From NCBI GenBank assembly GCA_051294375.1, contig CM119263.1, forward strand, positions 3,618,785-3,682,784: 64,000 nt of DNA. The letters are read 5' to 3'. This DNA is from Paraspadella gotoi. Taxonomy: Eukaryota; Animalia; Chaetognatha. The notes below the pieces were generated by a model that saw only the letters and a list, made by a program, of their open reading frames with translations, was not told the DNA's origin and ran no database searches. Made by a program: the position numbers and the translations under genes. Shown piece by piece: positions 1-13,829 of this stretch; the first letter of the stretch is position 1; every line of letters begins with the position of its first letter.

Positions 1-439
1 GGATCAAGCCGGACGACCGCATCGAGTGAAAAATGGAATTCAAGATGCGATTCATGGGGATTAAGAACGCTTTCTGACGCGTGCGAACGCTGTGTTGAGA
101 TCGGACGGACGTGTGGGGTCTTGGGTTGGGTCGCTCTTGCTTGGACCCCGATGAGACTAAATGGGATAGCATCAATGGGGTAGCTTTTCATTGGACTCGT
201 AAAAGCTTTGGTGTGATAGGTCTTGCTTGGACCCATGATTGCTTGGATGAGGTTTAAATCTTGTTTTGTCTTGCGTTAGAAAGCCAAATTTGCTTGTTTT
301 GGCCAATTCATTTTAGCTATTTGCTTGTTTTATTGTGGGCTGATTGATTCCGTAACTCAATAAAGATTTCGTCCGGGACTCAATTTAAGTACTAGTGCTT
401 ACCCCCGCTGGGCATGAGTTCAAATAACTCCCTCCCTCC
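1..439. repeat. Near-identical copy of 12808-13260
   Basis: Same sequence (ggatcaagccggacgaccgc...ctagtgcttacccccgctgggcatgagttc) differing mostly by 1-nt indels. Confidence 0.9.
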
Positions 440-464
440 NNNNNNNNNNNNNNNNNNNNNNNNN

Positions 465-566
465 TGGCAAAAATTGGCAAAACTGGCAAAAATGGCAAAA
501 TGGCAAAATGGCAAAATGGCAAAAAAGGCCATAAATGGCAAAAATGGCAAAATGGCAAAATGACAA
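465..566. repeat. 8-bp tandem repeat (AAAATGGC)n
   Basis: Read directly; the reverse-complement array is at 13830-13970 and a shorter one at 7525-7565. Confidence 0.9.
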
Positions 567-747
567 AAATGGAAATGAGAAATGAAAGATCTTGGAGGCG
601 TAAACGTTGAATTGGCAGTTTAATGATAAAAAAATGGAAAAGGTTTTAATGCACTAAAGAGATTGAAAAAACGTGGGAGAGAGTAGAAGAGAGAGAGAAG
701 AGAGGAGAAGAGAGAGAGAGCAGAGAGAGAGAGAGGAGAGAGAGAAG

Positions 748-788
<41 letters not shown>

Positions 789-3342
789 AAGAGAGAGAGA
801 GAGAGAGAGAGGAGAGAAGAGACGCGCTCACTTGCGATCGGTATGTTTAATGCCGAGTATGGAGCCAAAGCCTAGCAGACGGAAGAATGAAATGTCGAAG
901 GGAAGAAGACCCAGACCGCGAGAGAAGTAGACGAGGTATGGCACGAGAGGCAGGAGAAGAGGAGAGGAGGCACGGTCAAGGACGCTAGGAGGTAAGGCTA
1001 GTTGAGAACATGTTAGGGAATAGCAAGAGAGAGACAGAGAAGCGATGTGATTAGGTATACTACATCCTTGATATGTAGAAGGAGTCTCCCAGAATTATCC
1101 ATCACACGCGGGATATATGTGCTTCTTCCTCTAGAGTCAGAGGCTTCCGAAGCGGGACCTATAGGTGTTATTAGCTTGTTTTTTTATACGGACTCGCAAA
1201 TCTATCCGCAATGTATTGGGGTCTCGTGTGGTTTCTGTGACGGAGAGTACCACTCAGGCCGCGAAACCTGTAACTTTAACCGAGGGACACAAAATAAAAC
1301 ACGACAACATATTTGTAAACAGTCTTTAGACAAATACTCAGAGACGGGTGAGAAACAGAGACTACCATGTGAGAGGATTTACTATTTGTTTACTGTCACT
1401 CTATTTTCTTCTATTACTATTTATTAACCACGTACCAATGGTGTGTAGGGAGCGGAGAGGGAAACAGTCTGACGTACGAGGAAAAGAGACCACTGCGACA
1501 AATGCTGGGAGAGTGGACATGACAGATCCGAGCGAGGCAGTATGGTACAGTCACTTCCCCGCCGACATTCTCTAATCACGCTTAAAGTCCATATTCAAGT
1601 GAGTGCACGACGAAGTCTCAAAATGTGTCAGTTTAATATGGTCTTATTAACACGATACTGTTTGCACAGAATTTTGTACGTACGTTCTACCTAAGCGAGA
1701 AAAATCTTTTATTTGAGTCATATAGCAATTATTCTGAGAGAGAGACATTCTATATGATACAGCATCGCGCCCGACACACATTATATAGTATGCACAGGCA
1801 TATATATCTATCCCTTATAAATATAGAATCGAGCTCTCGCTTCCCGAAGAGCCCATTTAGTCGCACAGATTTGGCGTGGTCTACTTCGAGAGCAGCCCTC
1901 TCATAAGACAAAATCTAGAGTCTCAACTCATACAACCCACGTATTGGAGACAATCTTCACGCACTTGAGAGCAATCACCAGCGGGACAAGTGGCTCTCAA
2001 CAGGGTTGATCAGGAGAGAGATTGCATAGCGCCAGAGGTCAGCCACTTCACTCTACTATTCTCGCGGCAATATCCTCCTGTTCTCTCTCTCTCTCCGACC
2101 GTATTTCACACTTGTAAACTATATCGTCCCTACCCTATTTGAAGTATTACTCGTCTATTCCCCCCAAGGCGATCCGACGATAGCATGCTTTGTGGTGCAA
2201 GACGGCTGCGAGTCGTCAGAGATTTACACTATCTCTCTAGGGGAATATTCGAGCAGAATGTAGCCCGTAAGCCAACGAGTGAGTCGAGCCCAAAGACACG
2301 GCGCGACAGTGAGTGGAAGTCTTCTCGCTCCGACGTTCCTCGCCAGCACGTTGCTACACAACCGCCGCGCATAGAGCAGAGCCGTCACAGAAACATGTCT
2401 CGGGGTCGAGCATGTAGAGGCAATGCAACTCACCACCATCTTGAATCCGTCATCGCGTGGTGAAAGCTTCGGTTTTCCATTCGCATTAGTTATTAGATTA
2501 TATACTAATATTTCTTAGATTACATCCTGGCACTTTACAGGAGTATGGTAGTGCTCAATGGATTCATAAGATAAAAAACGCAGTAATAGTATTATTTTTT
2601 ATAAATGTGATTGTCTGTAGTTTCAATTTTTGCACTATGTGACTTGTGACTTATATTAGTTATTTGTTAGTAATGTTTTTCCAGATAATCGATTTACAGA
2701 CCTAATGAGAATCACCAGCACTCAGAACTACTTTGAGTGAAAAATAAACCTCGGTTTTATTTTTATTTAATCTATTTTCCATCCCGACCCTGGTGTCCGC
2801 CTTTTCCGAGAGAGAGGTCTTTATAGTATGTACTTTGCCTTCTTTTTTCTCGATCATCGGTCCGTGAAGAGAGGATTCGGTCATTAGTGTTTTGGCGTCG
2901 TCGTGCCGTCAGCCTGACGCGCATAGATGTAGCGAGGGTCATGCGGTCCGTCGTCGTCGTCGAGTTTTGTCGGGAGGGAATCGGCCTGTCGGCCTCCTTT
3001 TTTTCCTTTTATATATTATGCCTTTGGTGACGATAATCCAATTCCTGATCAAGCATATTTTGGCTGAAGTTGTAAGTCCTCGATCATACGAGTAATTGCG
3101 CGAAGGTCGTGCTGGGAACAGTCTCTCCACATGCGCCTCCCGTCGTTGAGGCTTCGGATATCGACGTCCTCTGGTCCGGTATAAGATGAGTCGCCTTGAG
3201 GGCGACTTGACCGCAAAATCATGGCGAGCGAGTGGAGAGGATATTATTTGATTGGAGACGCTCGAGCATCTTCTATCTGAGACGTTTGTTAAATAAAGAA
3301 TGATAGTTCTATTTGCCAGAAATTACATGCGGATTACATCAC

Positions 3343-3370
3343 ATCTCTCTCACACCACAACCGGGGGGGG
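3343..3370. other. Degenerate PacBio SMRTbell hairpin adapter remnant
   Basis: atctctctcacaccacaaccgggggggg resembles ATCTCTCTCAACAACAACAACGGAGGAGG...; the flanks (ttacatgcggattacatc / gatggttatccgcatgta) are reverse complements. Confidence 0.8.
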
Positions 3371-3444
3371 GATGGTTATCCGCATGTATCATTCCTGCAA
3401 AATAAGAAACTATTCATATTCTTTTTTTATGCAACGTTAAGAAA

Positions 3445-3811
3445 ATGGAAGAGCTCGAAGCGTCTTTCCTGTATGGCCGAACCTTCAACTCGGCACTAGA
3501 ACATGATTTTGGGCGGCCAAGTCGCCCTCAGACAGCTCATCCAGAGGACTCGAGGACGTCGATATCGAAGTCCTCAAATCGACGGGGGAGGCGCATGTGG
3601 AGAAGCTCCAAGCACGACCGTCGAGCAAATTACTCGTAATGATCGCGGTATAGATATGTTGATCGGAGAATTGGGATTATCGTCACCAAAAGGCAAAGAG
3701 GAAGGAAAAAAGGAGGCCGAACCAGGCCGATTCCGTCGCGGGACAAAACGACGAGACGACGACGACCGAGCATTTAGGAAACCCCTCGCTCATTCTATGC
3801 GCGTCAGCTGA
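3445..3811 (+). CDS. Possible terminal exon of an unknown gene (frameshifted)
   Basis: GC-rich island with protein-like overlapping frames in both arms of the fold-back; no recognisable family. Confidence 0.2.
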
Positions 3812-4249
3812 CGACCGCCGATCGCAAAACACATTGAAAGTGAACGAGATCACGCTTGTTACGGAACCCGATGATCGGAGAAAAAGAAGAGAAAGTAAGC
3901 ATTGATTTATTAGATCGAGAGACAAAAAGGAGGAGGGTCCGGGTGTGAGATTATGTTTTTATTTAAAAACTAAAAGAAGACCGAGGTTTATTTTTACATC
4001 ACTAGTGTATCAATCGATATAGGCGGTGATCTCATATGAGTCTGGAAATCGATAGAGATTTTACGTAATTGTTTGTCATCATTAAAAGTATATTTGGATT
4101 GACTGAAACTTATAAGCCATCACATTTAAAAAAAATAATACTATACTGCTTTTATCTTATGAATCCCATTGAGCACTACCATTTACCCGTAATGTCTCGA
4201 TGTAATGTAGAATTTTTTCGAAAGGAAATATAGTATAAATCTAATAACT

Positions 4250-5690
4250 AAATGCCAATGTTTTTTTATTTTCGCACTTTCCTCCCGGCCAGCCGAAGGA
4301 GGTACGTGTCTTGCACTTGCTCGACCCGAGACAGTCTTGTACGGCTCTCTCTATGCCCGGGTGAGCAACGTCGAGAAATCGAAGAAAAGACTCGGCCACA
4401 CATTTCGCCCTCGGTTTTGCACCACTTGGCTAGAATCTCATCTCGATTTTCGTAGAGTGATGCTAAAAATCTCGACGCAGCCGTCTTGCACCCACAAAGA
4501 TGCTATCGGTCGGGTATCGCCTGGGGGGAAGGTAAATTGAAAAATAAAGGAGAATAGTAGGAAAAGTGAGAAACAGGGAAGCCGCGAGAGAGAAATTGGA
4601 CCGCCTATCAATCTCCTTCAGCATTCAACCTGGTTAGATAAAAAGAGCCACTGTCCCCGCGACCAATTCGTAAGCAGTCCTCACCAATCTTTTTCAGAGT
4701 TGTCAGAAATAGAGGGCGCTTCGAAAAATTGCCCGAATACTCCTGTCGATAAAGGCGACAGGGAGAAGATCGCTTTATGAAGGGGAAGAAATATGCGTCA
4801 ACAAATGCGCGATTGCTTTCAACTCTGATTTTTTAAAATTTGGTATGCAAATATTGAATTTTTCTGAATTTAGGTAAAACTGGTAAAACGCCGTGAACGT
4901 GTAAAACCTAGATTTAATGAAATCATTGTTGAGATGTCGTCGTTCTACTTTGATGGACTTAGCATGTAGAGGAATGTCGGGGGAAGGACTGTACTCTGCG
5001 TCGCGGTCTGTCAATGTCCCACCCCCAGCATTGTCCGAGGGTGGGTAGTTTCCCTTTTCCTCTAAGTAATTTTGTTTGTGCGTGACTTCCCGAGATCGCG
5101 CTAAAAGTAAAAACTGAGTGGTTTATAAAGTAAATGAAGTGACAGAAACAATAATAAATCCTCTCACAATGTGGTAGTCTCTGTCTTCATCAACGCGTCT
5201 CTGAATATTTGTCTAAAGAACTTTTGACATATTTGTTCTGTTTTTGGCGTTAAAAGTTAAGGTTATCGGCGGCGAGTGGAACCGTCGCGCCAACAGACCA
5301 ACATCTTGCTGATCGAATTTGCGTCCGTAAAACATCACCCTTGTCCCTGCTTTCGAGAAACCCATTTCAGAGTAAAGGAGAGAAAGCCCATACGTAAAAT
5401 TGTCGATTATGGTTGAGACTGCCTCACTCAAAATAGACCTAAAACCTTCTCTGTTTTGTATTCCAAAAGTTGAATCTAGCCTTACCCGTAGGCTTGGAAC
5501 CGACCTCTTCCTTCTGCCTCGGCCCGTACTCGCATTCGGTGTTTTCCCCCTCGAATCTTCTTCCGTCGGAGGTTGAACAACCGAACAAAGCGACGCAAGC
5601 AGAAACGCGCCAGCCAGCGCAGACCAGGGCCAAACCATAAAAGTAAAAGGATGCACCGAGGAACAATTTCCCTCGTCTAGACAACGGAAT
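4250..5690 (-). CDS. Putative multi-exon gene of unknown function, possibly a type II membrane protein (frameshifted by read errors)
   Basis: Basic N-terminus followed by a hydrophobic segment (SRRGKLFLGASF/FMVWPWSALAGAFLLASL); protein-like ORFs 5213-5728 and 4775-5014; candidate short GT-AG introns (gtaagg..ttttag near 5440-5487) and a polypyrimidine+cag acceptor near 4521. Confidence 0.35.
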
Positions 5691-6455
5691 TGGAATATAA
5701 AATAAGGAGTAAGGAAGAACAATGACATTTTTAGCCAGTTAGTCGCTAATTATCAATAAAGGCAAGAAAGCAAAATAAGTTTTTGTTTTTGAAGTTCGCA
5801 TACCTTTCTTTTTTGTAAGACGCAAGATATACAAAAATGTATAGGGGTAAGAGGGACATCTGAAAAAAAAACAAAGCAAATGGATGCGCACGCAATTTAT
5901 TTTATCCGTACTCTCGCTTCCAAAAGTTTTCATCCTAATGGGCCTCAGCAGAATTCGCGGGAGACGAGACAATTGCTTTGCGTCTCAAATTCTTTGGTTT
6001 AAAAAATATTATCTTTTGGCGATCGATCAACATGAGTTAAAGTTAAGTAAATAACAATCATACCTAGCTTTTATAATCCTGCTTCATATTGTTTCACTGG
6101 AAAGAGGTAAACCGTAAAAGTCTGCATCGGTTCTCAGCGATTGCGTAATTTTGAAGTGAAAAAACTAAACGACGAAAAACGGTAACATAACAAAAACGAA
6201 GAAATAATGCCATTTGAAATGGAGAAAGACTAGATTTTTTAAAAGTGGCTCGATTATATAATGTATTGCCAACTTTCAGAGCCAAATGAATGGACTAGAA
6301 AATATCTAATGAAGAAATAATATTAAATTGGACATGAAATAATTTGTATCTATTATTCGGGGGAAAAAGGAAAAAGTAAATTTCACACAGCACTTCGAAA
6401 CCCAAAAGCCATCTACGATTGTCAGTCTTAACGAGCGTTGTTTCGCTTCTCAGGT

Positions 6456-7440
6456 TTAGGTTATCACGGTCGGCTTGTTTTCTTCCAGTGTACTCTTGCC
6501 AGCTTGGAAATCTCCAGGGCGATCTTGACTTAAAGGTCTAGCCATTCTTGCGTATCGTACTTAAATCTGAATAAAACGGAAAAAAAGAAAAACTATTCTT
6601 AAAAAACCGTTTCAAACGCATGGGCAGCACAAGCTCCATCCTCGGGCGCTTCAAACCTTTGAAAGGCGAAGAAGTGTAGGGATTAGATGTAAAGGTCTGA
6701 CGGTGGCAACCTGAGGATCCGGTTCCCGCTAAAGTCGAAAAAACGCATTCCGAGATTCCGTCGTGGAAAATGTGGCGAACGCCCGTGGCCAGGTAGCGAT
6801 GAATACGAAGTCGCTCGAATTCAAAATAAAAAATCAAAAGTGTAAAGTAAACTAAACCTGATTGGTCGTAACGGCTTCCGTCGATGGGGATCGTCGTATT
6901 GGAAATCGTCCATCTTGATCACTTGATAGGATCTGTGCCGAGCGGATAGACTAAGTTTCACACTAATTGCGCCGTTAAAATAAAAGTTATCTTTATAAAA
7001 TGGGGATTCTCACCTGATTCCCGCAATGGAACCACTTGCTGACCGAGCGACTTAAGTCTATACCAGCCTCCGCAGCCTTCGATCATCTTCTCGCAGGCAG
7101 CAGGGAAGCGCAACTCCTCATAGTCGTAATCGCGTGAAGTAGTAAGCGAACCCGTACTTGACCAAAAATCGGCCAGGATCTCTTGAACGTCTTTTTCCCC
7201 TGCGGGGACGGAAATAAAATGAGGGGAAATGAAAAATATACATATGATAAGTACGAGTTAAATCAAATTCGAACCCTTTGGACAAGGATGGTGAGCCAAG
7301 CTAGGGCGGCCCACATTCATCCTTTCTCGGATGTGGTCGCTCCGGTGCGAAAGATTCTTTCCCGCAAAGACAAATCTTCCCAGCATCCATGAGATTACCG
7401 AAGAATTTCCATCCCGTGGGACCTCGAAACACTGGAGACC
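6456..7440 (-). CDS. PGM1: Phosphoglucomutase (PGM1-like), 3' five exons only, with indel errors
   Basis: Frameshift-corrected translation gives [49 protein letters not shown] (7440-~7275), DVQEILADFWSKYG..YFTR.DYEE (7199-7014), KMDDFQYDDPIDGS.TTNQ (6932-6858), G.R.IF.DG..FRLSGTGSSGATVRLYI and KIALEISKL.EYTGRKQPTVIT* (stop 6456). GT-AG introns of about 70-80 nt. Confidence 0.93.
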
Positions 7441-7524
7441 CTGTTTTTTATAAATAAAAAAAACATTGAAAAAAGAAAAGTATTAATCAAAACGACTGTA
7501 TATTAACTAGCCTTTGATTTAGCG

Positions 7525-9026
7525 ATTTTGCCATTTTGCCATTTTGCCATTTTGCCATTTTGCCAGTAAGAAATCGTCCACCCACGATTCGCGTCAATTT
7601 AAAAACACTTTTCGTATCACTGTTTTTAACATTTTTTTAATTTTATATTTGACATAATAGTTTTTTTAATATTTTACATTTTAGTTAAAAACTTTTACTC
7701 CCGCCGAACATAAAAGGATAATGAATCTATCTTCTGTTGCTCAAGAGTCGCTTTGAGGTTTCGTCAACCACTTTCCGAGATTCTATTATCGAGAATTTAG
7801 TTAATTCTCACCTCACCACCTTACCACCTTACCTTATCACCTTACCACCTAGGCAGTCGTTGCCTCTACGAACGGTCTGACCTCAAAAGTCACAACTCTA
7901 AATCCATCTTTCGGTCGAATGGGATTTTTCTGGCTCACGGAACAAAAATACGTCCAAACTCTTCCGATCTTCTTTCCAAAGAAAAAAACCGATGGATGGA
8001 AAATAAAACCCTTGGTCCCTTTTCCTCTCCTTCGGTTCGAGTTTTTGAAATATACGTTAGTCTGTTTGCCCGTCTTTCTGTCTGTCTCTCTTTCTGTTTG
8101 TCCTTCTGTCTAAATGTTATTCGGTTTGTGTAAATTTTCATTTTTCTTTCTGAGTTTTCGTTTCCCGATCCATTTAACATTTTCTATTTAAGATATTTTC
8201 TCTATAATTTTTTTTCGATTTTTTTGCCTTTTTGCTAGACAAATGCTCTAATAAAAACACAACCTTGATACAACATACAAACGAATAAAGTGAGCAAATT
8301 CTATTTTTAGCTCATGATTCAGTTTCCTTCTTTTGAGCCACAACTCACGAAAGCTTTTCGGATATTCGACTTTTTTTTTGGCGCTAGATTGAGAAAAACT
8401 GTCNNNNNNNNNNNNNNNNNNNNNNNNNNNNNNNNNNNNNNNNNNNNNNNNNNNNNNNNNNNNNNNNNNNNNNNNNNNNNNNNNNNNNNNNNNNNNNNNN
8501 NNNNNNNNNNNNNNNNNNNNNNNNNNNNNNNNNNNNNNNNNNNNNNNNNNNNNNNNNNNNNNNNNNNNNNNNNNNNNNNNNNNNNNNNNNNNNNNNNNNN
8601 NNNNNNNNNNNNNNNNNCAACAATTCACCCGGGAATCGGAAATCGAATCAACACGATCGACCTCATCTCTACTTTTGCGTTGCTACGCGACGATGAACAA
8701 CAGAAACTCTTTCTGAAATTATCAACAAAAAACCCCAATGAATTACAACTAATGATGTTATCGTTTGAGACGAAAGTTTCAACAACTATTAAAAATATTT
8801 TATGATTTACTGCTTAAATAATAATGAGGTGAAGATGTTAGTATACACGCTAAACACTGTTAAAATTGATTGATTTTTTAAACCCAGTTTATAAGAGTAC
8901 CTTCTGACGTTGCTAAGAGACGAATACCTTAGCAACGAAATTCACGATCAATTTTTTGTCTTTCAAATTCCTTAGAGAGGTTTCGAAAAACCACTTGAAG
9001 GAGGAATATAAATTCGCGTTCTCTCT

Positions 9027-9075
<49 letters not shown>

Positions 9076-12000
9076 CGCAAAAGCACTTTCTCTTGCTTTT
9101 TATTTATACCTAGACATAAGCAAGAAAAATATCAAAATGCTTTTGAACCCAAAGGTAAAACGATTATCGATAAAATGAGAACAAGTTTTCGGATATAGAA
9201 AAACGTATACTATATTTCCAGATAAAAGTTATTGCGAAAAATCCCGGTCGATAATAAGTCTTATGGCTAACATATTTATTTTTGCTAACCTGATATGAAA
9301 GGGGCCAAAGAAACGGAACTTCGTACTACAATGAAATGAAATGCAATGAAAATCGGAAAACAAGATTTTGCTCACTAAAAACTAGCAAAGTCAGTAAAAG
9401 ATATAAATATGATATGTAAAATTTTTTCATAATGAGATGATTGAGATCGAGTCAAAAACAATTTTTTCAGATATTATGACAGCATAGTGGTAAAAGATCG
9501 CTTATGATGTCATGTCACGAAATTATTCTTGCCTCTAGTACAGNNNNNNNNNNNNNNNNNNNNNNNNNNNNNNNNNNNNNNNNNNNNNNNNNNNNNNNNN
9601 NNNNNNNNNNNNNNNNNNNNNNNNNNNNNNNNNNNNNNNNNNNNNNNNNNNNNNNNNNNNNNNNNNNNNNNNNNNNNNNNNNNNNNNNNNNNNNNNNNNN
9701 NNNNNNNNNNNNNNNNNNNNNNNNNNNNNNNNNNNNNNNNNNNNNNNNNNNNNNNNNNNNNNNNNNNNNNNNNNNNNNNNNNNNNNNNNNNNNNNNNNNN
9801 NNNNNNNNNNNNNNNNNNNNNNNNNNNNNNNTGATGTCATGTCACGAAATTATTCTTGCCTCTAGTACAGTCATCTCAAAATAAAAAAAACTTTTTCATT
9901 ACCTTTTTACTCTCTGTGCTTGCGATGACGATTAAAAAGTTTTAAATCTAAACGCTTATCCCAAAACAAACCATTGAAGGGTCCCGAAACAAACCACAAA
10001 GGCTTGAACCGGTTCACAAGGGGCCCACAACATACCACAAAGGCTTGATCCAGGTCACAAGGGTCGAAAACAAACCACAAAGGCCCAAATAAAACCACAC
10101 AATCAAAACAACTCCAACCGTTGAAGCGAAAAACCTTTTTTCCCCGATTCTCGTTAAAACTGACAAATTGTCCAAGAAGAAAAAAGTAGGCAAGAATTCG
10201 GGATNNNNNNNNNNACGACGACGACGACGACGACGACGACGACAAAGAAGGCGGTGGTGGTCAACCGGAAAACCAGAAAGGAAAAGAAAAAAACTTAGGT
10301 GGGAAAAGACAAAAAAGAAACAGTGGAATAAAATATTATTGTCAAGAAACGGAAAAAGAAGAAACGAAAATAAAAAAAAGAAAGAAAGAAAGAAAGNNNN
10401 NNNNNNNNNNNNNNNNNNNNNNNNNAAGAAAAACACGAACTTCTCTAAGTCTAACCTCCATCAATCACGAAAAATATACGAAAGGAGAGAAAGAAAAGGT
10501 GAACGACTCGAGAAGGAAAAAAGTGAAGAAAGAAAACAGAAGAGAGAGAGAGAGAGAGAGAGAGNNNNNNNNNNAAAAATTGAAGGAATGAAAATAGAAA
10601 ATGATATGAGACGGAACAAAGTGTCGCGCGAAAAAACAGAGTCTCGTGAAAAATAAGCAAAGACAAAAATGTGGCTCACGTTTACTCCATCAGTTTCGGT
10701 TGAAAAATAAATTTAAATTCTCCTACATGAAATTTTTTTTTATATTTCCTTTTTTCTCTCTTCCCAGTTTTATTCTCACATCACCTTCTTCATCTCACGT
10801 CTCTTTCTTTTTTCACTCCTTCTCAACCGAATCCCCTCATCCATTCTATTTCCCCTTCGAAAAACGGACAAATTGATGGATTTCGTCGGACCCACGGACG
10901 CCTCGTTAAAACCGAAAAAGCTTTCACGCGTGAATCTTCACCTCGACTCGACGACGCTACCTCACAACCTCTCACATTCTCACCGCCTCTCACGGCTTCA
11001 CAGTTCATTCGCCTCATAACCGGTTCTTCTCTTCGGTCGCCAAAGTCATAACGAGGCTAAAAATAAGATGGCGTCTCCATTGATCAAAAAATGGGAGCCC
11101 GATGAGGGGAGAATACAGGGTGATCGACGAGAAATGGAGCGTAAGGGGAGATCTTAAAAGATTATAGAGTAAAAACAAAGAGTTATAAAAAATTATCAAG
11201 CCAAAGAATGGTGACTGTAAAATTATAAATAATTATCTAAAGAATAATTAAGAATACAAAATGCAGTTATGGCTAGTGCTCAAAAATTATTTTCAAATCA
11301 AACTGTAAAAGTATTATATTTTTAAAGCAAAAAAAAAACTATTATATTAAAATCATAAAAAATAGATTCATCTACGACAGTCTACTGGAAACACACTGTA
11401 GACACCAAACTATAAAAACGAAGATAGAAGAGGCTTTAGTCTCGGAGAAGAAAATGGTCGGAGGTTTACAAGCACAATTCATGATGGTAAGCAAGCATAA
11501 TACGTGGGGGGGGGGNNNNNNNNNNNNNNNNNNNNNNNNNNNNNNNNNNNNNNNNNNNNNNNNNNNNNNNNNNNNNNNNNNNNNNNNNNNNNNNNNNNNN
11601 NNNNNNNNNNNNNNNNNNNNNNNNNNNNNNNNNNNNNNNNNNNNNNNNNNNNNNNNNNNNNNNNNNNNNNNNNNNNNNNNNNAGATTCTTGGCCGAAAAA
11701 TGTTTTGGGAATTGGATTTCACTCGCGAGAAAAAGATTAGAGCGAAAGAGATTAAGAATATCGAAGATTAATTCTCACGAAGGGATTCAGTGATTTGCGA
11801 GATGAATGCGTGATTTGTGCGATATGAATGATGGATGAGTAGACCGTGATTCTGTGACAGCCCGACAGGAACGAATCGAAAAGAAAATGAGAACAATTTC
11901 TTCTTTGACTGAAAAGTAATATATACTACGACTCGATAAAAAACGTTTTCTCTTGTGTCAGATAAGAGTCCGCGATTTAACACAGATATTGCGCCATTAC

Positions 12001-12370
12001 TCTTCAAAAAGAAATCCGTTCAAGTCGTCAGAGAAATGTCGATATTTACGATGCAGAAACTTTATAGGAGAATTCCTTTTTGGGTTGTTCCCTCTTTCTC
12101 TTTTTGGTCAAGAATAACAAGGAATGGTTACTTCTTGGGGTTGCGCCGCAGTAACTGTTATGCGTAAGGGGATCATGTATCAAAACAAATAATAAATGCA
12201 TTATAAGCATTAAGCATCATATTGTATAGCACCGATTACTGTTACTCAAAATAATTAAATAATAAAGTATATAAAAAATTAAGGGCAAGATAGCTAGTTT
12301 ATTGAATGACTGAATAAATCTTACATATATTGGTAGTATTAATTTCAAAAAATGTGAGATCACCAACGAC
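7525..12370. repeat. Segment copy A (matches 13930-23410 apart from two insertions)
   Basis: Colinear near-identity with copy B; differences are mainly homopolymer indels. Confidence 0.9.
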
Positions 12371-12802
12371 AGGACCGACTACGTGCGATGACGTTTGACG
12401 CGGAACCACGTCGGCTCGTGACGATGTCAGTTTGTGATGTCGTTTGCATTTCCGGGTCGTCTAAGAGCAGAGAGAGCGAGAGAGAGAGAGAGAGAATGAG
12501 ATGGAGAAGATGAGAGGGAAGAGAAGAGAGAGATGAGAGAGGAGAGAGAGATGAGAGAGAGACGAGCGAGAGAAGAGAGACGAGAGAGAGAGACGAGAGA
12601 ACGATTTCGAGATTGGATGTTAAAGGTTAAGTGTTTTTTATGTCTGTTATTCGTCGAAAGTTAACAATTTACAAACTAAATGATATTATCGCCTGTATCT
12701 GTCATATACTGAATTATGTCAGATCTCGACTACAAAAACCACAACAACAACAACGACGAATATTAAAGCTGAAATGTTTATCCCATGCCGGAGGAAACAG
12801 CG

Positions 12803-13190
12803 TCAGGGATCAAGCCGGACGACCGCCATTCGATGTGAAAAATGGAATTCAAGATGCGATTCATGGGGATTAGAACGCTTTCTGACGCGTGCGAACGCTG
12901 TGTTGAGATCGGACGGACGTGTGGGGTCTTGCGGTTGGGTCGGCTCTTTGCTTGGACCCGATGAGACTAAATGGGAAGCATCAATGGCGGTAAGCTTCAT
13001 TGGACTCCGTAAAAGCTTTGGTGTGACTAGCGTTCTGCTTTTGGACCCATGATTGCTTGGATGAGGTTTAAATCTTGTGCTTGCGGCTAGAAAGCAAATT
13101 TGCTTGTTTTTGGCCAATTCATTTTTAGCTATTTGGCTTGTTTTAGTTGTGGGCTGATTGGATTCCGTAACTCAATAAAGATTATTCGAT
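12803..13190 (-). CDS. Possible terminal exon of an unknown gene (second copy at 1-360)
   Basis: GC-richer, protein-like frames (QDLNLIQAIMGP..., DPTRPSDLNTAFARVRKR); not identifiable. Confidence 0.2.
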
Positions 13191-13555
13191 CCGGGACCTC
13201 AATTTAAGTACTAGTGCTTACCCCCGCTGGGCATGAGTTCAAATAACTTCCCTCCTCCCGCCCCCGCTGGCCGCTTCCCCCCCCCACCCCCCCCCCCCCC
13301 CCACACCCCCCCCCCCTCCCCCCCCCCCCCCACCCCCCCCACACAAAAAGAAAATAGGCTCTGCGTGTTTATTTCGTTTCTCCTTTTCTCCTCAAAAAAG
13401 AAAAAAAAAAAAAAAAAAGAAAAAAAAAAGCTAAAAAAGGCAAGCTTCCCGATTTCCGGTGGAACTTCTTTTCTCATGGGATTCCTCCATCGTCTCTCTC
13501 TCTCTTCTCTCTCTCTTCTTTTCTCTCTCTCTCTCGTCTCTCTCTATTTCTCTCT

Positions 13556-13595
<40 letters not shown>

Positions 13596-13618
13596 CTCAT
13601 CCTCTATTTCTCTTCTCT

Positions 13619-13718
<100 letters not shown>

Positions 13719-13829
13719 CTCTCTCTCTTCTCCCACGTTTTCAATCTCTTAGATGCATTAAAACTTTCCATTTTTTAATCATAAAACTGCCAATCAACGT
13801 TTTACGCCTCCATCGATCTTTCCATTTCT

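Larger units (their letters stand above)
820..5605. other. Fold-back (missed-adapter) long-read artefact: ~820-3342 is a noisy reverse complement of ~3371-5605
   Basis: Arms match throughout (e.g. 1321 agtctttagacaaatactcagagac vs reverse complement of 5197-5219). The left arm is longer and insertion-rich, and there is an adapter-like sequence at the apex. Confidence 0.88.

Noticed and set aside
820-5605. Natural giant inverted repeat or hairpin telomere of a linear element
   Set aside because: Adapter-like apex and a read-error pattern in one arm
7380-7440. OTU-protease-like motif (CFEVPRDGN) on the minus strand
   Set aside because: It is a frameshifted reading of phosphoglucomutase [12 protein letters not shown]
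6456-7440. Calling PGM a pseudogene
   Set aside because: Frameshifts match the assembly-wide indel noise; residues and splice sites are conserved
10860-11140. GC-richer segment with HILTASH, faintly uracil-DNA-glycosylase-like
   Set aside because: The HPSPLS motif is absent and the frames are inconsistent between the two copies; possibly an exon but unassignable
8248-11771. ORFs containing long X runs
   Set aside because: Open only because they span N gaps
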